Made by a program: the position numbers and the translations under genes. This document shows positions 7,030 through 11,841 of a DNA stretch of 11,841 nt, piece by piece; position 1 is the stretch's first letter; each line of letters opens with the position of its first letter. Location: the NCBI GenBank assembly GCA_964244895.1, contig CAXTKV010000167.1, forward strand, positions 1-11,841, given 5' to 3'. The notes below the pieces were generated by a model. That model searched no databases, was not told the origin of the DNA, and saw nothing but the letters and a program-made list of their open reading frames with translations. The DNA is from an uncultured Deinococcales bacterium. GTDB lineage: Bacteria > Deinococcota > Deinococci > Deinococcales > JAAFIG01.

Positions 7030-7938
7030 ATGAGGCTGTTTCGAGGACGCAACAAATTGACCCGAGGGTTGATCACCCTCGTGGCGTTAGCGTATCCCTT
7101 CGAGATGACCGTGGCGCTCGGACATCCGGGACGCGGCTCGGCGCGGCCAGGAGACATCTTGCGGAATGGCAATTTTCGTCACCCGCGCAAAGAACTCTCT
7201 TCGCGGATCGGATCGAGCCTGATGCCCTGGCTCGAGTACACCGAAAATGACGATCCAAAAAAAGACCCGAAGAAACCTGAAGATCCCAAGAGAGACCCGA
7301 AGAAACCAGAAGATCCAAAAAAAGATCCGAAGAAGCCCGAAGATCCAAAAAAACCTGAAGACCCCAGGAAACCCGAAGACCCCAGGAGAGACCCGAGCAA
7401 ACCCGAAGATCAAGATCAAAATCCGAGTAAACCAGAAGATCCCAAGAAACCAACCGATCAACCCAAATCGACCCCGCAAGCTCCGCAGACGCCCAATACA
7501 CCGCGCGCGCTCGACGTGCCGCGTGAGCTTTCTCAGATACGGCGCGATCTCAAGATTGGGCAACTCTGGGTCGTGCAAATCGCCGACCGACCCAGCGCCA
7601 TTCGGGTCAGTATCGAGGTCGGTGATCGGGTCATCGGCACGATCACCCTGAACCCCGAGACGGGACAACCCGTCATCTTTCAGGAGCGCTCGAACTACCG
7701 ACCCTCGAGCGCACTCGAGAACACGCAGCTCAGCACCATGCTCCAAACCGTGCGCGCCCAAGCTTCAGAGATCAAGTTTGGAACCTTCGTACTGCCCTCA
7801 CCGCGCGGCCTCGAGGTTCAGGTGTATTTCTCGAATAAACTCGTCGGTTACGTTTATATCGACCCCAAAAGTGGTGGCGTCGTCACCGACGAAAACGCCA
7901 CACGCGAAATTGATTCGAGTTCGATCCGGCTGAAGTAA
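7030..7938 (+). CDS. Secreted protein with Lys/Pro/Asp/Glu repeat and two PepSY-like C-terminal modules
   Basis: RBS AAAGGAG-N8-ATG 7030. Basic N-region plus hydrophobic stretch. About eight P(K/R/S)KP(E/T)D units. Duplicated module ending IGTITLNPETGQPV / VGYVYIDPKSGGVV. Confidence 0.75.
   Translation: MRLFRGRNKLTRGLITLVALAYPFEMTVALGHPGRGSARPGDILRNGNFRHPRKELSSRIGSSLMPWLEYTENDDPKKDPKKPEDPKRDPKKPEDPKKDPKKPEDPKKPEDPRKPEDPRRDPSKPEDQDQNPSKPEDPKKPTDQPKSTPQAPQTPNTPRALDVPRELSQIRRDLKIGQLWVVQIADRPSAIRVSIEVGDRVIGTITLNPETGQPVIFQERSNYRPSSALENTQLSTMLQTVRAQASEIKFGTFVLPSPRGLEVQVYFSNKLVGYVYIDPKSGGVVTDENATREIDSSSIRLK
7252..7458 (+). repeat. Coding repeat of 18/30-bp units (PKKPED, DPKKDPKKPE)
   Basis: Visible in both DNA and translation. 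Confidence 0.9.
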
Positions 7939-7959
7939 GTCAGGGCTCTCGAGAGATCC

Positions 7960-8004
7960 TCACGGTGCTGCAAGCGCGCGAGCCTCTCCTTCGCAGCGCC
8001 GTGA
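7960..8004. terminator. Stem-loop between convergent genes (possible terminator)
   Basis: TCACGGTGCTGC (7960-7971) pairs with GCAGCGCCGTGA (7993-8004) with one G-U. No clear U-tract. Confidence 0.4.
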
Positions 8005-8027
8005 CCTTGAGGAATACCTTCGGGTCT

Positions 8028-8813
8028 TCAAAATTTGTAGGTGACGCGCAAAAACGCGTAGACCTGACCGTCAAAACCGATCTCGAAGCGCAAGCCGATC
8101 TGGTCGGTCAGGTCGTAGAAGGCGTTGGCGTACAGGTCGTACCCGAACGCACCCGATGACCAACTGAGGTACCCGCCCACCCCGAGATCGAGGTTGTCCA
8201 GCGCGACGTAATCCAGTTCCAGGTACGGATAAAAAACGGGTTTGAGCTGCGGGAACAAGCGCAAGTCAACCTCCAGACCTCCGTACAGGGTCGTCATCTC
8301 GTCCGCAGCGTAAGCAAAATCTGCGCCCGCCATCAGCAACCCTTCGACGCCGAGCGTCTGCGTCGGCGTTCCCCCTGGGCGGCGGTCGTCATTGGAGTCG
8401 TTGGAATCGTTCGAGTCGTTGGAATTATCGTTGGGGTCATCGTCTTCGGGCGTCGTGACGGTCGGTGGGTTCGGCGAGTAGCTACCGAACAGGCTCAAGC
8501 CGCCGTAACCGATCACGCCCAACTGACCGTCGCCATAAATGTTGAAACGGTAAAGCGCGTTCGGGTTGAGCCGCACCACGAAACTCCCGCCGAGCGGTGC
8601 GTTCTCGAGCGTCAACTTGCCACCGATGGTCAGGCCATCCAACGCGTCGTAGTCGACCTCGAATTGCGCTCGCGCGTTGGCGCTCAACGGCGTGACCGCA
8701 CCGAGTTGAAACGACACCGAGAACTGCTGCGCGAAGCCTGCAGAACCGAGCAATGCAGACCCGAGCAGCAGGCTACAGAGCACGATCATCTGACGCTGGG
8801 CGCGGTGGGTCAC
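8028..8813 (-). CDS. Outer-membrane beta-barrel protein with an acidic Asn/Asp/Ser loop
   Basis: GTG 8813 after AGAGGA (alternative ATG 8789). Signal peptide ending AGFA-QQ. Amphipathic strands and a C-terminal beta-signal-like FLRVTYKF. Confidence 0.85.
   Translation of the reverse strand: MTHRAQRQMIVLCSLLLGSALLGSAGFAQQFSVSFQLGAVTPLSANARAQFEVDYDALDGLTIGGKLTLENAPLGGSFVVRLNPNALYRFNIYGDGQLGVIGYGGLSLFGSYSPNPPTVTTPEDDDPNDNSNDSNDSNDSNDDRRPGGTPTQTLGVEGLLMAGADFAYAADEMTTLYGGLEVDLRLFPQLKPVFYPYLELDYVALDNLDLGVGGYLSWSSGAFGYDLYANAFYDLTDQIGLRFEIGFDGQVYAFLRVTYKF
8385..8447 (-). repeat. 9-bp coding repeat (SND x4) in an acidic loop
   Basis: Translation EDDDPNDNSNDSNDSNDSNDD. Confidence 0.85.
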
Positions 8814-8892
8814 GAGTCCTCTTTGGTTGGATGATGGAATGCTTCGATTGCGGGCAATATACCGCAGTCCGCTAGGCGACCGATCAGAACGC

Positions 8893-8906
8893 ACCGTGCA
8901 GCACGC
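8893..8906. repeat. Variant palindromic unit with a compensatory change
   Basis: ACCGTGCAGCACGC: CGTGC-A-GCACG instead of CGTCC-A-GGACG. Confidence 0.5.
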
Positions 8907-8932
8907 AGATTTACCGCCGAGCAACGCAAAAA

Positions 8933-8986
8933 AGACCGTCTGGGACGCGAATCTCGAGTCTCGAGAAACGGCGTGCTGGACGGTCT
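8933..8986. repeat. Inverted doublet of the palindromic unit; likely also the slyD terminator
   Basis: AGACCGTCTGGGACGCGAATCTCGAG-T-CTCGAGAAACGGCGTGCTGGACGGTCT. Perfect 8-bp inverted ends. It lies 13 nt past the slyD stop and is followed by a T run on the minus strand. Confidence 0.8.
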
Positions 8987-8999
8987 CCCCTGAATGATC

Positions 9000-9476
9000 T
9001 CAGTGGGTGTGGCCGTGATCGCCTTGGTGGGCGTGCCCGTGATCGAGTTCCTCCGGGGTGGCGTCGCGCACCTCTCGCACGGTCACGTCGAACTCGAGGG
9101 TTTCACCGGCCAGCGGGTGGTTGAAGTCCACCAGCACGCCGTCCGGTTTGACTTCCAGGACGGTGAACTGGATCGGTTCGCCCTCCTGGGTTTCGCCGGT
9201 GTAGCTCGCGCCGATCTCGAGGCTGTCGTCGAAAGCATCTCGCGGCAGCACCTGTTCGGCTTCCGGGTCGTACTCGCCGTAACCCTGGCCGGGTTCGACG
9301 CTGACGTGCTTGGCCTGTCCGGGCTCGAGGCCCGAGAGGGCGCTTTCCAGACCCGGAATGATGTTGCCGTGCCCGTGAAGGTACACGAGCGGGCTGCCGT
9401 TCGAGGCGTCGATGACTTCGCCTTCGACCTTGAGGCTATAGTCGATGGAGACGACCTTGTCGTTCTGTATTTTCAC
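9000..9476 (-). CDS. slyD: FKBP-type peptidyl-prolyl isomerase SlyD
   Basis: GTG 9476 after GAAAGGA-N5. Motifs YLHGHGNIIPGLE, GYGEYD, VDFNHPLAGETL.FDV.V.EVRDATPEEL.HGH. Short His-rich tail. Confidence 0.95.
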   Translation of the reverse strand: MKIQNDKVVSIDYSLKVEGEVIDASNGSPLVYLHGHGNIIPGLESALSGLEPGQAKHVSVEPGQGYGEYDPEAEQVLPRDAFDDSLEIGASYTGETQEGEPIQFTVLEVKPDGVLVDFNHPLAGETLEFDVTVREVRDATPEELDHGHAHQGDHGHTH

Positions 9477-9611
9477 GGGCATCCTTTCGTGCGCCACCTT
9501 GAGCCTGCGGCTCGCCTGGCCCATCTCGAGCCGTTTTCAGCCGCCGGGCGGCACGCTCGAGGGCTGAAGTTTACCGCACAGCCGAGGACGGCGCTCTCAA
9601 GTGGCAAGAAC

Positions 9612-9626
9612 ACCGTCTGGGACGGT
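9612..9626. repeat. Palindromic unit core downstream of the DUF72 gene
   Basis: ACCGTC-TGG-GACGGT. Confidence 0.7.
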
Positions 9627-9644
9627 CAAAAACGCGCGCGTCGC

Positions 9645-10457
9645 TCAGGCGTTTTGATCGTCCCACAGCGCCCGGAATTCGCGCGCGTTGGTCAGGCCCT
9701 GACCGCGCGTGGTGTTCTGAAAAAAAACGTAGGCCGATCTCGGGTGCGCGCGCTGAATGGCCGCGACCCACGGCTCGAGTTCGCCACTCGTGTACTGGTA
9801 ATCGTGGCGTTCGGCGGCGTCCTTGCCATCGAACCAGTTCCCAGCGTTGCGCCCGTGCATGCGCGCGTAGATCAGGCCAGATTGCGCGTTCGAAGCCCGC
9901 ACCGTAGAAGCGGGCAAACCCTCGAGCCTGGGCAAATCCACGCTGACGGCGTGCACGCCCAGATCCGCCAGGTACTGATAGACGGGTTCCTTGTCCCAGG
10001 ATTGGTGCCGGAATTCCACGGCCAGCTGCACGCCGTCACGCCGCCCGACGTTGAACCACTCCACCAGTTCCGCCAAGTGCGTTCTGGACGGTTGCGAGTT
10101 CTTGAAACTGTACGGGAACTGCGCCAGCAACGGCCCCAACTTGCCCGCCTGACGCACCGGGTCGATGGTGTACAAAAATCTTTTTGCGGCGTCCTCGTCC
10201 GCCATTTCCGGCTTGCCCAGATCGTGGGTGAACGAACGGTGCAACTTGACGCAGAACATCAAGCGCCCGAGGGATCGTTCCAGCATGGACGCGAAGGTTT
10301 TTTGCGCCGGAACCGCGTAGAAGGTCGAGTTGACCTCGACGGCGTTGAAATGCCGCGAGTAAAACTCGAGCCACTCGGTTTTTTTGAGTTCCGGCGGGTA
10401 GAACAACCCGACCCAGTCCTCGTTGCTGAAGCCGCCCGTGCCCAGGAACAGTTCCAC
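9645..10457 (-). CDS. DUF72 (YecE-like) protein
   Basis: Motifs GTGGFS..DW.G.FYP, VEVNSTFY, LAQFPYSF, AVEFRH.SW, YARMHGRN, DYQY...EL. Confidence 0.93.
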   Translation of the reverse strand: MELFLGTGGFSNEDWVGLFYPPELKKTEWLEFYSRHFNAVEVNSTFYAVPAQKTFASMLERSLGRLMFCVKLHRSFTHDLGKPEMADEDAAKRFLYTIDPVRQAGKLGPLLAQFPYSFKNSQPSRTHLAELVEWFNVGRRDGVQLAVEFRHQSWDKEPVYQYLADLGVHAVSVDLPRLEGLPASTVRASNAQSGLIYARMHGRNAGNWFDGKDAAERHDYQYTSGELEPWVAAIQRAHPRSAYVFFQNTTRGQGLTNAREFRALWDDQNA

Positions 10458-10463
10458 GCCCCA

Positions 10464-10469
10464 ATTTTA
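10464..10469 (-). promoter_or_regulatory. Putative -10 box for leaderless DUF72 transcript
   Basis: TAAAAT lies exactly 6 nt before the GTG start; no SD. Confidence 0.7.
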
Positions 10470-10619
10470 GGCGCTCGAGGTGAAAACCACCTCCGCCGTG
10501 CGGCTTAAGCCAGTCCTCGAAGGTCAGAACACCGCAGTGGACGGCATGAACTGAAGATTCTCGAGCGACGCAGGCTTCTCGAGGTACACCGAAACCGTGC
10601 TCGAGGCACAATTTCGCTG

Positions 10620-10644
10620 CTCGAGAAAACGCGTCTGGGACGAT
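10620..10644. repeat. Single copy of the palindromic unit
   Basis: Reverse complement ATCGTCCCAGACGCGTTTTCTCGAG. Confidence 0.7.
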
Positions 10645-10653
10645 ATTCTTGCC

Positions 10654-10659
10654 TACAAT
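10654..10659 (+). promoter_or_regulatory. Candidate -10 box for the pspC-yvlD operon
   Basis: TACAAT about 100 nt upstream of the pspC start; no clear -35. Confidence 0.4.
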
Positions 10660-10758
10660 GGTGCGATTGACGTAACCTGAATCGATTCCTCAGCGCGGGA
10701 ACCCGAGGGCAACGACCCGCGTACTACACGCAAACGCATGATCCCCAGACGGAGACAC

Positions 10759-11187
10759 ATGGAGCGCGGCACACGAATCTACCGAACCAGACGCGACCGA
10801 ACGCTCGGCGGCGTGGCGGGCGGGCTGGGCGTCAGCCTCGGGATTCACCCCGTGCTGGTGCGGCTCGGGCTGGTCGTGGTGGCTTTCTTGAGCCTGTTCT
10901 CGCCGCAACTGGCGGGATTGCTGGTGATCGCTTACATCGGCGCGTGGGTCGTCCTGCCGGAGATGCCCGCCGATCAGGAACCGTTCTTCAAGGCTTTCGT
11001 CCCGCCCGGTCTGACCCGACCGCGCCGGGGACGCGTGCTGGTCGGCGTCTGCGCGGGAATAGCGCGTTACACGAAGCTCCACGTGACGCTGGTGCGGATC
11101 GCGTTCGTGGCGCTCGGCTTCGCGATCGTGGGTTTGCTGGCCTACGCGGTCGGTTGGGTGCTGATGCCGGACGCGGATGGCTCTTGA
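10759..11187 (+). CDS. pspC: Membrane protein with two tandem PspC domains
   Basis: GGAG-N4-ATG 10759 (alternative 10738). The PspC motif occurs twice: YRTRRDRTLGGVAGGLG..LGIHPVLVRL and LTRPRRGRVLVGVCAGIARY..LHVTLVRI...AYAVGWVLMP. Confidence 0.88.
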   Translation: MERGTRIYRTRRDRTLGGVAGGLGVSLGIHPVLVRLGLVVVAFLSLFSPQLAGLLVIAYIGAWVVLPEMPADQEPFFKAFVPPGLTRPRRGRVLVGVCAGIARYTKLHVTLVRIAFVALGFAIVGLLAYAVGWVLMPDADGS

Positions 11188-11228
11188 GGCTCGAGCCACA
11201 ACCAAAAGGCTGTGAAAGGATGGAAGGC

Positions 11229-11588
11229 ATGAATTTTTTCTGGCGTGTACTGATCGGTGCGGGAGCGCTCTGGGTGGTTTCGGCGCTGTTCCCAGGATTG
11301 ATTTCCTTCGTCAACCCGACCGTCGGGGATTACCTGCTGACCGGGCTGGTGCTGGGGGTAGCAAACGCGATCCTCAGGCCGATTTTGCTGCTCTTGACGC
11401 TGCCGTTGAACTTCATCACGCTGGGGTTGTTCACTTTCGTGGTCAACGCCATCGTGCTGCTGGTCGTCTCGAATCTGACGCCGCTTCGGACGCACGGTTT
11501 CCTGGCCGCCATGATCGCGTCGATGCTGATCTCTTTCGCATCGTCCCTGATCGGTGGCCTGCTGCGCGAGCCTCAACGCTCGAACTGA
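11229..11588 (+). CDS. YvlD/DUF360 four-TM membrane protein ('phage holin family 4_2')
   Basis: AAAGGA-N8-ATG. Signature LG.ANAILRPILLLLTLPLNFITLGLFTFVVNA. It follows pspC as in Bacillus yvlC-yvlD. Confidence 0.9.
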   Translation: MNFFWRVLIGAGALWVVSALFPGLISFVNPTVGDYLLTGLVLGVANAILRPILLLLTLPLNFITLGLFTFVVNAIVLLVVSNLTPLRTHGFLAAMIASMLISFASSLIGGLLREPQRSN

Positions 11589-11624
11589 GGGTTGGACTTC
11601 AGCCCCTGTCGGCGCGTCAGTGCG

Positions 11625-11650
11625 GGGGCGAATACGAGATTCGCCCCTAC
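11625..11650 (-). repeat. GTAG-family REP element
   Basis: Minus strand reads GTAGGGGCGAAT-CTCGT-ATTCGCCCC: a GTAG foot on a perfect 9-bp GC-rich stem. Confidence 0.75.
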
Positions 11651-11683
11651 GGAACACCGTTCCTGTGCGGTGAGATCAAATCC

Positions 11684-11719
11684 GTTTTGATTTGATCAAA
11701 ATACAGATCAAATCAAAAC
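11684..11719. other. Perfect 14-bp AT-rich inverted repeat
   Basis: GTTTTGATTTGATC-N8-GATCAAATCAAAAC, with a third GATCAAATC at 11674-11682. Confidence 0.85.
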
Positions 11720-11732
11720 CGCGCTGTGGCGC

Positions 11733-11798
11733 GTAGGATGCGAATGAAATCGTCTGGAACTGAAGCGGCGAAGCCGCGCAAGTGAAAGACGATTTCAT
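11733..11798 (+). other. GTAG-led nested hairpin
   Basis: GTAG at 11733. ATGAAATCGTCT (11744-11755) pairs perfectly with AGACGATTTCAT (11787-11798) and encloses GCGGC-GAA-GCCGC. Confidence 0.65.
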
Positions 11799-11841
11799 AT
11801 GAGTTGGTGATTCACCCTCCCTCGAGAACGCCATCCCGGAA

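Noticed and set aside
7252..7458. Possible CRISPR array (also 4193-4436)
   Set aside because: These are in-frame coding repeats without unique spacers, and no cas genes are present.
8994..10508. 504-aa plus-strand ORF; likewise 115-585, 519-1454, 5048-5755 and 7087-7761
   Set aside because: They are antisense to well-supported genes, which is common in GC-rich DNA, and have no motifs.
10944..11228. Extension of the YvlD-like ORF
   Set aside because: It overlaps pspC out of frame. The family begins at MNFFWR with its own RBS.
11229..11588. Prophage suggested by the 'holin' family name
   Set aside because: No phage genes nearby. This family is commonly chromosomal next to pspC.
11756..11790. 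Hammerhead-like look (CTGAAG...hairpin...GAAA)
   Set aside because: The core is CUGAAGC rather than CUGANGA, GAAA does not directly follow the stem, and no third stem is evident.

Overview
GC-rich bacterial window, probably Deinococcota. This is an inference from leaderless TANNNT promoters 6 nt before start codons, a short His-tailed SlyD and strong CTCGAG enrichment. The left part (1-4591, minus strand) is a cluster of six envelope-targeted genes: a Tat/lipoprotein Rieske [2Fe-2S] protein on a polyproline tether, a putative outer-membrane beta-barrel, a small membrane protein, YceI, a pentaheme cytochrome c and a Tat/lipoprotein Ig-fold protein cut by the window edge. It is divergent from an OmpR-family regulator and sensor kinase, which are followed by a KPED-repeat, PepSY-like secreted protein and a convergent second beta-barrel. 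The right part looks like housekeeping: slyD, DUF72, tandem-domain pspC and a yvlD-like gene. Non-coding DNA carries a dispersed ~24-nt palindromic repeat whose best copies end in CTCGAG, present singly and as inverted doublets. There are about 40 CTCGAG hexamers in the window and a GTAG-type REP/hairpin cluster at the right end.
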